Below, piece by piece: positions 1 through 29,771 of a stretch of DNA of 64,000 nucleotides. Source of the DNA: Blastocystis sp. Blastoise (Eukaryota > Protista > Bigyra: Opalinata); assembly GCA_039096225.1 (NCBI GenBank), contig JBBPEB010000030.1, positions 496,001 through 560,000 of the forward strand. Reading direction: 5' to 3'. Below the pieces are notes generated by a model. That model was given only the letters and a program-made list of their open reading frames with translations, did no database searches and was not told where the DNA came from. Position numbers and translations under genes: made by a program. Position 1 is the first letter of the stretch, and each line of letters starts with the position of its first letter.

Positions 1-890
1 TTATAATAAAGAACAACTTCAAAATATATAGGTATAAAATCAAGTTGTTTTAATGTATAAGAATATCGATAATATATATGTGAAGAAGTAGTAGAAGAAG
101 GAATAGAAGAGAGTATACTTGTAGACCAAGAAGTATCATCATAACTTGATTTCATCCAATTAGTTGACAATGGTAAATTTAATGTATATCTCCATATTGT
201 ATTATTTGTTATTAATAAAGAGGCTATATATATATATATAATAATAATAATAATTGTAATTTCAAAAAAAAAAAAACGAAAAGAAGAATATTATTATTTT
301 ATAAATATACGATATATTTTCCATTCATCAATAGAACTATCTATTAAAGATATTTCTAATATAGTGATTTCATGAATAGACACACTTAATAATGAACCTA
401 CTGACCAACCATTCGTTGAACTACTATAAAATTATATATGAATATACAGATAATAATAATGACATTCAAAAATATTCATATTTAGCTTATTTATTAAAAA
501 TATATATATATATATTTAAAAAATAAATTAAAAAAAAATATTTATAAAAAAACTTATTGTATTCTAAAAATAACTTATATATAAAACTATATATATTTAC
601 GATGAACTAGCAACAAATGTATAAAGTGTAGGTTCCAAGCAATATACAAAATTCTGAGTTTTTCCTTGATTATCATTACTTGAAAAGAAATCTATTTCTT
701 TACCAATATAACGACTTCCACGAAACAAAGAAAGCTCTTCTCCAACTGAATAATTACTATAAACTCTTTTGATTTGAACTTGTTGTTGATTATCATTACA
801 AGTCAACTGTGAATAACCTAAATACATAGATCCTATAAAAGATGGAAATATACATTGTATAGCCAAAACAAGAATCCAAAGGAAATTCAT
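1..890 (-). CDS. 5' part of a multi-exon secreted/surface protein that runs off the window edge
   Basis: ATG at 890 with signal-peptide-like MNFLWILVLAIQC. Further exons at about 310-420 (STNGWSVGSLLSV...) and 1-223 (NTIWRYTL...WMKSSYDDTSWST) are joined by GT-AG introns. Family not identified. Confidence 0.7.
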
Positions 891-1745
891 GTTTAACTTG
901 ATAATGAATGAAAATTAATTGGAAAGATAATGTCTTTTAAATTATTTAAAAATTTATGGTTTTTTATGATGGATCTCCTCTTTTATTATATTTTTTCTCG
1001 TTTATTTCTCTTGATTATTTCTATTGTTTTTCAATGAAATTCAGTATCTATGAGAATTTTCTTACTTTCCTTTTGATTTATTCATATCTTTTATCATAAG
1101 AAGACTTAGATCTTCTATGATTTGAAATATTTCAGAGGACTGTATATATATTTGTTTTCATTTAGTGTTCATTGATGATAATTGTTCGAATATTTGAGTA
1201 CAATAGTTGAATGCTCAAAGTAGAATGAAAAAGAGAAATTTAAAGTTATTTTTTTATATATTATAGTATAGTAATTATTGTTCAAATTGCCCTATAATGT
1301 TGATTGTATAATCATAGACTCTAAATATTGTTTTAAATGAGACAAAACATTTAAAAACGTTTTTATAAGGAATTGTATTTTGATATTCATAGTTTTATTC
1401 TCTCATTTAGAATTCAAAATCGTATCTCTATTTGTCGATTTCTGATTAATACGAATAAAAAAAGAGAGTAGAATAGATGCCAATCAATAAAAAATGAATT
1501 GAGTGAAAAGAATATGAATAATTCTGGAAATTCTAATGTTTTCTAGTCAAAAACATATTGATTCATGGGAGAAAATGATATGCATTTAAAAAGAACAGCA
1601 TTTTCAAAATGAAAAAAATAATGAAAAAACGAGAAACAACTGCATTTTTGCTATTCTTTCTTTATATTTGTTGGAAAGAGGCTGTTTGAAATATAGGTTG
1701 ATATTCGAAAGAAATCTCATTTGCTATTCTATACGATAATCAATA

Positions 1746-4049
1746 ATGGATGCTACTGCTGTCGAAGATATAAAAACAGGAAATAGAATCACTGAGAGTT
1801 CAGATCCTCAAGGAAAACGAAGAGTTGCATATTTTTACGATAGTATGTAGTTTCACACATTATCTTTTTAAATTTACTATTTAAATAATAATTATAATAA
1901 TCTATAGATGAAATTGGTAATTATAACTATGGAAAAACACATCCTATGAAAGTATTTTTCTAATTATTGTTTTATTTTTAATGTTAGTTATTTGAATTTC
2001 ATAGAATAACTATAATATATATAAATATAGCCTCACAGAGTTCGTATGGCAAATCAGTTAATTGTAAACTATGATTTACACAAATATATGGATGTTTTCC
2101 GTCCTCATCTTTGTAATTACCTTGATTTAATGCATTTCCATGCTGACGATTATATAAATTTCTTAAGAATTATTACTCCTGAAAATAGAGATACTTATTC
2201 AAATCAACTTGCTAGATGTAATTATTATTATTATTTATTATATTATATATATCTTTTATTATTGTTATTTATTATATTATATATATCTTTTATTATTATT
2301 ATTTATTATATTATATATATCTTTTATTATTGTTATTTATTATATTATATATATCTTTTATTATTGTTATTTATTATATTATATATATCTTTTATTATTG
2401 TTATTTATTATATTATATATATCTTTTATTATTGTTATTTATTATATTATATATTTTTTATTCAAGTTAATGTTGGTGATGATTGCCCTATTTTTGATGG
2501 TCTTTTTGATTATATTCGTACTTATACAAGTGGATCTATTGGTATTTATATATATATTTAAAATTATTATTATTTTTTATTATTTTTTCTTTATTATTTT
2601 TTCTTTATTATTTTTATAATTCTATTTATATATATATAAAGGTGGTGCTTGTCGTCTTAACGAGGGATTATCGGATATAGTTATAAATTGGGCTGGTGGT
2701 TTACACCATGCTAAGAAATCAGAAGCTAGTGGCTTCTGCTATGTAAATGATATTGTTCTTGCTATTCTAGAATTATTAAAGTATAGTTATATATTTATTT
2801 ATTCTTATTATTGCTAGTATTTTTAATGATAAAATAACAATATATATTATTTATTTATTCTTATTATTGCTAATATTTTTTTAATGATAAAATACAAATA
2901 TATAAATCTATTTATTCTTATTATTGCTAAAATTTTTTAATGATAAAATACAAATATATAAATTTATTTATTCTTATTATTGTTATTAGTTTTTTAATGA
3001 TAAAATACAAATATATAAATTTATTTATTCTTATTATTGTTAATATTTTTTTAATGATAAAATAACAATATATATTATTTATTTATTCTTATTATTGTTA
3101 TTAGCTTTTTAATGATAAAATTATAATATTTATTATTCTATTTTTATCAACTTTTATTATTCTAGGAAATATACACGTGTATTATATATTGATATTGATA
3201 TTCACCATGGAGATGGTGTTGAAGAAGCCTTTTATTGTACAAATAGAGTTATGACTGTCTCCTTTCATAAACATAAAGATTATTTCCCTGGAACGGGAGA
3301 TATTGATGTATATTTATCTATATTTATATATTAATAAACAATTATAATAAATACTCATTTTTATTATATTATTCTTTTTTATATAAAAAATTCTCTATTC
3401 ATATCGTATACTATTATTATTATTATATCTAAGTATACTTTATCATAATGTTCTATTTAATGTTTATATATGAATAGGACATAGGTTGGGAAGAAGGCAA
3501 GGGATATGCAGTCAATTTCCCTCTAGATAGTGGTATGGATGATGAATCCTATGTTTCTATCTTTAAACCTGTATATATTATTATATTTATATTATTATTA
3601 TATTTATTGTATTATTATATGTTCTATTATTTAGAGGAATTATCTTATTTTATATTAAATAATACTTCTACTATATATATATATATATATATAGGTAATA
3701 AAGAAGGTAATGGAAACCTATCAGCCAGAAGCTATAGTTCTTCAATGTGGTGCAGATTCTCTTAGTGGAGATCGTCTTGGATGCTTTAATCTATCTCTTA
3801 AAGGTATATATATACTATATATACTTATATGTTTTTTTTTTTTATAATTTTTTTAACTTTTTTTTTACGATACTTGACTTTTTATTTTTTTTTAATATAT
3901 ATATATATATATATAATTTGCATAGGTCATGGTGAATGTGTTAATTATGTTCGTCAATTTAATAAGCCTATGCTTGTTTTAGGAGGAGGTGGCTATACTA
4001 TACGTAATGTATCAAGGTATATATATATGTATTATTATTATTATTATAC

Positions 4050-4102
<53 letters not shown>

Positions 4103-4118
4103 CTTATTATTATTATAC

Positions 4119-4150
<32 letters not shown>

Positions 4151-4805
4151 CACTTATTATACACTTATTATACACTTATTATTATTATTATTATTATTAT
4201 TTATAATTATTACAATAGATGCTGGACTTATGAAACTTCTATTGTTCTTGGAAAACAAATCGATGTATATATATATATATATATAGATTTATTATATAAT
4301 ATATATATATATATAGAATGTATTACCTTTTAATAATTATTCTGAATATTTTGGACCTGATTATAGTCTTCATATTAAACCTAGGTATTTTATATTTATT
4401 AATATATATAAATATATATATATTTTACTACTTATTATTCTATATATATATTCTATTTATTATAGTAATATGCGTAACAGTAATTCCACAGAAAGTCTTA
4501 ATAATAAAATTGCACAAATATATAGTCATTTAGACTCCTTAGAGGCTGTTCCTGGTATTCAAATCGAAACAGGATCTATTCTTAAAGTATATATATATAT
4601 ATATATTATTATTATTATTCATTTTTTTTAAAATTCATTTTCTTTATATATTCTAATATTTATAGTTATTTATTTATTTAAATCTATATATATATATATA
4701 TTTTAGACTCCTGAAGGTACACATTTTGAAAAGGAAGATGATAGTACTATTGATGCTGATACACATTTCATAGATACAAAACATCAATCAAATATTAATC
4801 TTTAA
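1746..4805 (+). CDS. HDAC1: Class I histone deacetylase (Rpd3/HDAC1-like), multi-exon
   Basis: Spliced exons give [88 protein letters not shown] and [18 protein letters not shown]. Stop TAA at 4803-4805. Confidence 0.96.
2219..2460. repeat. Intronic minisatellite (~34-nt unit TTATTTATTATATTATATATATCTTTTATTATTG) in HDAC
   Basis: The unit is visibly repeated across the intron and produces the spurious ORFs at 2046 and 2209. Confidence 0.85.
2790..3120. repeat. Intronic minisatellite (~60-nt unit containing TTTATTCTTATTATTG...TTTAATGATAAAA) in HDAC
   Basis: About 5-6 diverged tandem copies lie inside one intron. Confidence 0.8.
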
Positions 4806-5810
4806 ATATCTATATACATATATATATTCTTTTACTCTTTTTCTTTCTTTCACTCATGTGTATGTATATAAATTTATTTTATATTTATTTATTTTATATC
4901 ATTATCCTGTGATATATATTTTTAACTGTTTTTTCTCCTCTTAAAAAAAGAGAAAATTTATTTTATAGAATAATTATATTTATATTCATACAATTCTAGG
5001 TGTATCTTACTATATATTCATTTCTGAAGGTTTTCATAGTCTTAATCATACTTGTTTTGTAATTATTCATTCTCAATTCATTCCAATAAAACAACTATCT
5101 TTTATTCACATTTTTTTTATTTTGTAAACAAATAATTTCCATAAAAATCTTTGATTTATTCACGTAAATTATTGTCTTCTGCATTTAAACTATTCTACTT
5201 ATGACCTAAAATACATATATATTATAATTTATTTCGATAAATATGGAACGACGTCAAGAAATTCCATCCTCACATTCATTATCATCAGTTTCATTTCCTT
5301 TTCAGTATAATCTTCATCTAATGTCATTTAATAAATAGTGAGATCACATTCTTCGACTTTTGTATTGAATAAAAACAGAATCAACCACAATAGGTCTTAA
5401 AACCATACTAAATAAAATACTAATTTTGATATCTATTCGAGCTTTCATTCTAATACGAATAAAAATGATCTAAACTAGTTAACCAAGCAAAAAAAATAAG
5501 AATCGAAAAAAACATTATTATTTCTTTACAAAATAATAGAGTGACAATTAACTCAATTTGATAAGATGCACCAGAAAAATGAAGGTTGTATAGGTATAAT
5601 ATAGGTTGAACAACAAATAATTCTATTTTATTGGACAGATTTTATAATAAACCAATAATTTGTCAGTCCTATTGAGAAGTGTTGTATTGAAAAACTAATG
5701 TTCTGTCTCTTTTTATGAATCATCGTTTTCTTTAAAATAGTCAGTCTTTTAAACTTTTTAATTCTTATTTTTCGTATTCTAATAAAATCTAAAGTCCTCG
5801 AAAATTGAAA

Positions 5811-12889
<7,079 letters not shown>

Positions 12890-13837
12890 GAATAATATAT
12901 ATATATATATATATTATTGAGAAATTCTATTCTTAATATATATATATATATTTATTTATTTATCATTTGTAATGTTGTGTGTATTCTTTATATAATATAA
13001 TATATATAATGTTATAGTAATGTGTTTATGTTTATCATGTGTATTTTATTTATATATTCTTCTTTTATTATTTCATTTTGTTTATCATTATTAGTCATCA
13101 TTGTTTTTGCTATATATATATATTTTTTTTTTCTTTTCATTTTTTCCTTATAAATATACCCTATAGATAGATATATTAATTTAATAAATATTTCTTTTTC
13201 GAATAATTATGGTAAAATTATTGTATTTCAATTGATTATTTTGTTTGTTTCTATTTCAATTTTAGGTCTAAGAACGAGTCACTATTATTGTATGTAGTAG
13301 ATATGAACAGTCTTATTATAAGAGATTTATGAATGACTCTTATTTGTATCATTTTGAGAATATTCTTTTTTTATAGCAATGCGTTCAACACACTTGACCA
13401 TCGCAAATGTTTTCACAATAAAAAACACACATTTTCAATCAATAATCTCAATCAATATCATTTTCACAACAGATTCTTATCATCTTTTATTAACACAATG
13501 AATGATCGACGCTTTAATAACTGACATATTGACTTATACCATATATTTAGGTAAATAATTGACAAAAACAAATGAATAATTATTCCCATAATTTTTTTCC
13601 ACATTTCTTTTCTTTTTTATATATTTAGTTTAAAGCAATTGAAGCTCTCCAAAAAACAGAAGACTATTCATTTTTATTGGTTTATTTATAAAAATGAATA
13701 CGTTCAGCAAATCAGAAAAAGTTAAAAATTCGTTTGCCAATAGAAACTGATATATAATTTAAATATAAAAGGAAAAAATCTCAAACAGAAATAATAATGG
13801 GAAAAAAAGAATAACTTTTTTTTGATGAAGCGAAGCC

Positions 13838-20454
<6,617 letters not shown>

Positions 20455-21038
20455 ATAATATATATATATATATATAATTATATTTTTTTTAAATGAGATA
20501 CTCCTTGTATTGCTTATATTTATTATTATTCATATAAATAGTCTATATTTATTTATTGATTCTACATATTATTTTCATTATTTTTCATATTCAATATTAA
20601 TATTAACTATAATAGTATTAATATTTATGTTATTTAAGAAACTATTTTTCATATTCCTTATTCTATTTGCTAATGATTTTTTTTTTATTATAATTATTAT
20701 AATGTTTACACCAAAAAAAAAATACTTTTTTTTTTCATAAATAGTTGTTTTGTTTTGTTTTTTATCTATTAATTTTTTTTTTACTATTTTTATGATAGAT
20801 CTATGAGTACAATAATCTCTTTACTGTATTAAAAGATCTCACGAACTATGAATCCTATTGTATTCTAATAAAAATATATTATTTCATTGACATTTTTTCA
20901 GATAAAAATGTAATCAAATATATAAGGATACTACAAGCGTTTTATTTCATTATCATACATATATTTTTGAAAAAAAATTAATAAATAAATAATACAAAAC
21001 AAATAGAAAAGACAAATAAACATAACAGACATATTCTT

Positions 21039-21512
21039 TCAGAAACAACAGTCACAATCAAATGGACAAAGAGGTGTATTACCTCCTTTACCTATACCTA
21101 AAGACTCTGGAGTATATACTTTAAGTCCTGTTTCTTTATCAATTCTGGTGAATTCTAGAAATATTCAAATATAGTACAGAAAGTAAAATAGAGAATAAGA
21201 TCACAATTTCAAAAAATATATACGTATTGACTCTTGTTGTTTGAATTGTGTTCTTGCATCAAGCTCCTTTCTGACTTTTCTCATCTCTTCTCTGTTCTTT
21301 TTAGTTTCTTCATCTACTTTCTGTTGCTTTTTAGTCTTGGCATCACTAAATAAGGAATCCATATCAAGAGAAGATTTGTGCTTTATATCTTTTACTTGTT
21401 TTTTCTCAGCAGTATGTTTCTTTTCTGTTTTTGAATGAGCATCTTTCACTTCTTTTTTAGAGTTATTTCCTGATTTTATTTGTTTCTTTTCTTTTTTTTT
21501 AGTTTCAATCAT
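21039..21512 (-). CDS. DUF1764-family small Lys-rich protein (2 exons)
   Basis: Exon 2 encodes TRIDKETGLKVYTPESLGIGKGGNTPLCPFDCDCCF*, the characteristic C-terminus of this family. Confidence 0.88.
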
Positions 21513-21724
21513 TTAAATCAAGAAAACAAATAGAATGATGAAGAATAACGACCTTTTGCTTACAAAAACAAAAAAAAGAACAATTAAAACGTCGATAAAA
21601 AGAACAATTAATCACGGGTCATACGCTAAGTACCTCGATTCTCACTTTTCTTCAAAGAAGACGAATTTATTTTTTTTTTTTGTTTTTTTTTTGTTTTTTA
21701 ATTTTTTATTATATATTTGTGATA

Positions 21725-22453
<729 letters not shown>

Positions 22454-22937
22454 TCTTTTTCTTTATGTACCTTTTTTTTTAATGTTTCTTTTCTTATATT
22501 ACTTTTCAATATAATACTGATTGCTCATCCTCAAATATATATGATTTATTATTATTTTTAGTGTAGATTTTCTTTGTTATTCTTTTTAATACTAATTATA
22601 AATATTTTAAAGTGATTTTAATAATAAAAGAAACAAAACAATGATATGATATACATAACGAATAGAAATTACAATATCTGCTTAAATAATTTTATAAAAA
22701 TAGGATAAAAACATATGATAAACATAAAATGCAAAGTATAAAAAAGAATAAATAAAAAACAAATACACAAAGATATACAAAGATTATAAGTAGTTTTAAA
22801 TAAGAAATACGCCTTTAAGAATAAATATATAAATAGAATAAGATATAAAATAATATAAAAAAATATATATATAATAATAGACTATGATACAGAGGGAATG
22901 AATAAATAAATTGAATATTAAATATAATGAATAGTAT

Positions 22938-24948
22938 TTATAAACGAACAGTTCGATAGGATTTATTACTGGGAGCAGTCGATGTTTGTGGAGCAGAAAT
23001 AGGCTGATGAGCAGGATTATAGATTTCATAAGGGAGATTATTTGTAGAAAGAGGAGAAGAAGGAATAGCAGTAACTGTTTTAACACTTAATCGTTTAGAT
23101 TTACGTTGTTCTTCTTCTTTGTATTTGACATTGAGTGATATCATTAACTAGAAATAGATACGTAAAATATCAATATACAGTAGGAGAAGAATATATATAT
23201 ATAGTTAAATAGTACTTTAGATGAAATATATATATTTGATAATGAAGATATAAGACAAGCAATTAGATAAATATCAAAAATAATTATAGAGCAGATGATG
23301 AAACATAGAATTGCATCGAATTATATAATAGTCATATATAGAGAAATATTTTATTTCATGTATAATTAAATAAAAATAAAAAGACATACAATAATCCAAA
23401 TACAGAAAAGAACAATACTTAGAGAGAATAATACAATTCCACCTGTAAATTGTTGAGAAGCACAAACACCAAAACAATCTATACTTGTGATTTTCTCTGA
23501 AGAGCAACCTGATGTATAATAATCAGCAACTATATAAGGATCATATGCATGACGCACCTATGAAGGATGTGTGGAGTTATATATAGAGAAATAAAGAAAT
23601 GTTTATGAATTATATAAGAAATAGTAAGAATATAAATAATATATTAAGATTATAAAAATAGAGTAACAATACTTTATTAAGAATAATTTAGATATTAAAG
23701 AAAATAGAGAAACAATATTCTATTAAGAATAATTTAGAATATATTAATGAATATAAGAAACAATATATTTAATTCTATTAAATGAAACATTCAATGAATA
23801 ATTAAAAGAAAACAAGAAATAAATATAGAGATTACGAGCATGAATAATAATATAAATAAGGAATAATACTTGAATTGTGATTTTTGGTGATGGTTTCTTT
23901 GAGTATATAATATGATTGAAATCATTCTTATAAGAACAACCAGCAGAAGAGAAACCAGTTAAAAACGGTTGAGATCTATATAAATATATATTATTTTTTT
24001 AATTTTATTATTAAATATAGAATATGCTTATTATAATACTATAAAAATTCCTTTGATAAGAAATGCTTGTAATTAAGCATATATATAATTATAATATTAT
24101 AATAATAAAATAAAAATATATCATATATTCAATATATATAATAAAGAATAATAAAATACGCAGGTAAATCTAATATATAATGATCTTCATTCTTTCGAAC
24201 TCTTAAGCAGATTTCACTAAATTCATAAGTCACTGTACACGAATTTAAGGCCCATTTTCCATCTCGATTCTTACATTTATCTCTACAAATCTCTCTATAT
24301 ATATTATTTTAATTATATAATTTGTATAAATTATTTTTATTATTTAATTATTTTAATTAAGTAAAATATATAAACTATTAAATGTATATAAATAAAAACA
24401 ATTCTAATAAAACATAAACATAATAAACAAAATAATAATACAAAATATCATATATACTCTTTTTCACAACCTAAATCTTCTTTAGTAAATTTCTTAACTA
24501 CTTTCTGATCAATTGTTTCGTTAAATAAAACAAAATGCCCATCATCAATGGTATATTGAGTATTTTTTTTATCTACAGTAGTTTGAAAAAATGTAGGATT
24601 TGATAGATTGCATCCTTGTTCTGGATCTCCTGTCTTCTTGCAATCATCACGAACTGGATAAAATTCTCCATCGTCTTTTGTAATCATCGTCATCGATTCT
24701 CCATTAAGTCGGAATTCTGACTTTGAAAATATATCTTGATATTCTGACCATGCTGACGAAGCATTATTATAATCTTCAAGTCGTTGAATACGTGTATTAT
24801 TTGCAAATAGCATGGCAAGACCAAATATCATGATCGAAAGAGGTATGATAAGTAAAACAGAGGAACAAACAAGAAATGGATTACGACAATGACAGCAGGA
24901 ACAACATTTGGATAGATGAACTGATTGATTGACAACTTTAGAACTCAT
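22938..24948 (-). CDS. Uncharacterised membrane protein with two TM helices flanking a Cys-rich extracellular/luminal domain (5 exons)
   Basis: Exons phase consistently: N-terminal TM (LLIIPLSIMIFGLAMLF), Cys-rich loop, VRHAYDPY, second TM GIVLFSLSIVLFCIWIILMISL, and a short S/P-rich tail. Confidence 0.8.
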
Positions 24949-25447
24949 TGTCTATAGTTTGTAATTAACTTTTATAAAAGTACAAAGAAAAAAAAACCGA
25001 AACACAAAGTGTTGGTTTAAAATAGTTTTTTCATAATTATGTGATAAAAATGAATCTAAAAATAAAAATAACATATGATTTTTTAAATTTTGTTATATAA
25101 TCAATATTTAACTATATTTTGTTGATAAAACACGGTCCAGTAAGTGAGACAAATTGAAAAAAGTTGTTTTAAACAATAATCAGAGCTTTCTCATATAATC
25201 AATTTACCATATGCCAAATATAGAAGAATTTACGAAAGATTTAATATGTTCATAATAAAAATGATAATAAGTATAACAGGATAGCATCAGACAATTATTG
25301 AATAAGAAAAGAACATCAGAAATATAAAGATAATAAAGAAATAATAATAAATGAATATAAAAACAGTTGAATCAAGACATGAAGAATATGGGATAAATAA
25401 TATACAAAAATATGTTTAATATATGTATATACAAGAGCAAAATATGT

Positions 25448-27873
25448 TTACTTGTGTTTCATAGATACATATTTTTTAGCATACTATATATATGGATATA
25501 TAGACAGTGATTAGAAAGGAAATAATAAAATGAATGTGATTAGAATAGTAATAGTTATATACAGTTTTTGTTAATTTCAAATAATAATAAGGATCACTAC
25601 CATAATTCATATAAGAATCCTATAGTGTATAGCATGAAATATATAGAGTAATAAAGAAGAAATATCAAAAAAAGATAACATTGTTTTTATAAATATATAT
25701 ATATGTAGAGTGATAATATATAAAAAAATAATAGAAGAATACTTTAATAATAGCTGGTTCGATTTGAGTTCCTTCATGCCATTCATTGAAGCTTGTAATA
25801 CTAATAATACCGGGGTTATGACGAAGGGCTTCTTCCCACGCTTGTGTATAATATGCACCGTCATTTCTCTGACGTGTATTCATTTGATTCCAAGGACGGA
25901 CAGCTGTATCAATATATCTATAGATATATATATTATATATATATTATATATTTATAATGAAAGTTAAACAATATATTAGTGGGTATAATAATATGAAAAA
26001 TAATTTCATTATTTTTTTATACCATGAAACTCTTTTAAATTCTTTTATATTATATTTAAAATAATATATATTAAAGAGTAATTATTTTAAAAAATGATAA
26101 TATTAGATATTAATAATTATATATCTATATATATAATATATATCATATAGTATATATATCCCGGTCCAATAGATAAGATAAGAAGATGTGGTTCTCTCAT
26201 TTGTTGTGTACAATAAGATAATTGATTCCAATTATGATATGTAGATCCATAAGTAAATCCTTCAGAAGCAAAATAAGTATATATACCATTAAAATTAGAT
26301 TTAGTAAGTTGTGCACAATCTGTAGCTTGTACAGCTAAACCGATGACAATAGAATCATAAGCAGTATTACGAATCTAAAAAGGAAGAATAAACATATAAA
26401 TAGTATTCTTTGATGAATAATAGAGATAGAGTGATATTTATAAAAGTATATAGAATACAGTGTTTGCTCCTTTATCATCAAGAATACTATTCCATTCATT
26501 GTAGTCAATTAAATAGGAATCATATATATAAACAAGAGGCTTACGATTATAACGGTAAAATGCAGGATGATTTCCATAACTATATACATATATTATATTA
26601 TATTATATTATATTATATTATATTATATTATATTATATTATATTATATTATATTATATTATATTATATTATATTATATTATATTATATTATATTATATTA
26701 TATTATATTATATTATATTATATTATATTATATTATATTATATTATATTATATTATATAAAAAAACAATAAAACAAAAAAATTAATCTAAAATATAATAA
26801 AAAAAAATACGTATCAATAATATATTTAAGATCTGCTTTAACAGAGAGAGCACTTCGATCTTTATAGGGTTCGATATGAAAGGCTATTTTAATATGATAT
26901 TTATTAGCTAAATCCATAATGATTGGCATATAATTATCAACAGAAAGAAAGCCATCATCAGAAAGACTATGAGGATACCTATATAGATATATATATATTA
27001 ATCATTTATAAATAATAATAATAAATAATATCATATTCAAATACAAAATTGTTATTTTAAAAAATCATTAAAATAGTAAAAGAATATATATATATATACC
27101 AAGAAACTACTAATACACCAATACCTGCAATTACAGAGTATTTCATATGAGTCTCAATAACCTATATATATATATATCAAATAGTTATAAAGAATCAATG
27201 AAAAAATAAGTATACTTGTTCATCAATAGAGGAATAAGGTCCTAATAATGGATAAAAGGATGACGCAACATCATCAGGAGGATTATGTTGTTTAATTGGA
27301 TACTGACGATTCACTGATTCAGTCCAATGAGGTAATGTCTTATGATTCCAATGTCTCCATTTCCCATCATGTGCTTCAGAACCATACCATGGATAATAAA
27401 AAGAATGAACTAAATCGGATACAAACAAAGGTGAATCAATAGATGTAGTTCCTTTAGTAATAGATTGAACTAATTCAGAATCATCAATAAACGCATTTTT
27501 ATTTGAATTTTTCTTTGTTAAAGTGAGTCTAGAAGTAACTTTAGGAAGAACACCTCGTAAAGTATGTTTTTCTTGTGTATTTTCATTCTCTTCGGTAATC
27601 TCTCCTTGTATTTGATCATTTCGTTCATTTGAATTCATAATACCTAAAGATCTAAAGTAAATATTAATAGTAGAAATTACTATTTTCTGTGTTTTGATTT
27701 TGAATTATAATGCTTCCACTAATTGAATCATTCTGAGATCCATAATTCGTATTTTTTCGTGGATAAAATGAGAAAGTTTGGGTTTCATCTTGAGATACAA
27801 CAATCATTGCTAGACATAATGCAGCAATCAAGAATAAAGATAACGAAAGAAATATTTGATAGTTTACTTTCAT
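25448..27873 (-). CDS. MANEA: GH99 glycoprotein endo-alpha-1,2-mannosidase (MANEA-like), type II membrane protein
   Basis: N-terminal anchor, HSFYYPWYG...WRHWNH, SSFYPLLGPYSS, FHIEPY, GIYTYFASEGFTYGST and catalytic ITSFNEWHEGTQIEPA. Ends YAKKYVSMKHK*. Confidence 0.93.
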
Positions 27874-28388
27874 TTGACTTATAAGCAAACTAAATAATTA
27901 AAAATAGAATTGAAGTAATCTTGAGAAATTTGCATATATCACTAAAGTTTCGATGAATTCTCTTGATTCAGAAAAGTACATATGTTTCTGTGTTTTCTAT
28001 TTTTATAAAGTGTTATATATAATGTATACATCTTCAGAAAGACTTTTCTGATTCATAAGAGTATAAATATAAGTGATAAGCGAATAAAAGTCAGCAATTG
28101 ATTACTAAACGTATTTTTTTATTTAAATAAATGTCGAAATTATTGTGATTTATTATTTGTAATTCTTATATTTATAAATAATAAATAGAAACATACGACT
28201 AAAATAATAATGATTGATAAATTGTATATGTATATATGTTCTTTCTTATTTAAAGATACTTTAATAGTTTACGTTCTTCATTTTGTCTATATTTTATATT
28301 TTTTCATTTTTTTTATCTATGAAAATAATGTATATCAAACAATAAATAAAATAAAGCAAAAATATATTTTTCTAAACAAATTTTTTTG

Positions 28389-28746
28389 ATGATAAAAAGT
28401 AAAGAGAAAAAAGATAAAGGTATTTAAAATAAGATTTAATTTGCTTAGAGAGTTGTTCTATGTAAAGATTCTGCCTTGAATATCTTAAAGGTATCTGGAT
28501 GGGTTATAGTCATTTTGACTATTGGTTTCTTTATGTTTTTTATGGCTGTAACACCTCCTAACAAACATTTTGATCAAAATGATATTCTTCAGTGGGTTGC
28601 AGGATTATTATTTCGATGGTTATTTGGAGTATTGATCTTTATTGCCGTTTTCAATTTGTTATGTTCTATGTGTGTTAGAAAGGTTCCTTGCTGTGGAATA
28701 CTTATATCCTTTTATAATAAATGATTCTAAAATATTTATATGAAAA

Positions 28747-28784
<38 letters not shown>

Positions 28785-29739
28785 TAATAAAGTGTTGAAA
28801 TGTATTTTAATTTGTTTTTATTATAAGAATCTATTTAAGTTTCTTTAATAACTATACGATTTTGTTGTTCTTTGTTTTACATTAATTCTCGGCATTATAT
28901 CTGTTTTTACTATATCGAATTCGCTATGGTATCTTGAAGATTTCGATGTATATATATATATATATTTTCTTACTGTTATTTCCTATAAGAAACAATTCTA
29001 TTTTTATTTATATATATAAATATATATATTTAGACTTCACATCATTCTCCTACTCAAGATAATATTATTGAATTAATTCATAGTAATCTTATTAAGTTTT
29101 TTAATTCTACACAAGAAGTTGAATATTATAATAATCTTCAAGTATATATATATATATATTTATATATATTTATTTTTTATAAACAATTATTGATTATAGT
29201 TCTATATATTTAGTTAATATTCACTATATTTAATTTATATATTTTCTATATTCTAAAGGAATCTTGTCATTGTTGTGGGTTTATGGATCGAAATGACGAC
29301 ATGGGTATCAACACACCTTATGAGAGTGAAGCTTGTATAGATAAAAATGCAGGACCTTGTTTACCCAAAGTTGTCTCAGTATATATGATTAATATTATAA
29401 GTTATTATATTATTATGTGATTATTATAAGTTGCTATATGATTATTATAAGTTATTATATGATTATTATAAGTTATAAGAATAATACTATAATAATACTA
29501 TAATAATAATAATAATACTATAATAATAATAATAAACATAATAAACATAATAATACCTTATTATTGATTAGAAATCATTATATCACTATCTAATATAATT
29601 ATTTAAATAAGTTATTCTTTTATATAGACTGTAAGAACAATAGCCAATTCAACAAGAGATATTATTATTGCTATTTGTGTTATTTGTGTATGTTTCTATA
29701 ATCTATATATACATATCTATTAACCTTAATAACACTTTG

Positions 29740-29771
<32 letters not shown>

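Noticed and set aside
5140-5450. Possible small minus-strand gene or pseudogene between HDAC and the next gene
   Set aside because: Only ~30-codon fragments, no consistent splice phasing and no recognisable motif.
13333-13524. 63-aa ORF upstream of the GH35-like gene
   Set aside because: No motif or splice support; likely chance.
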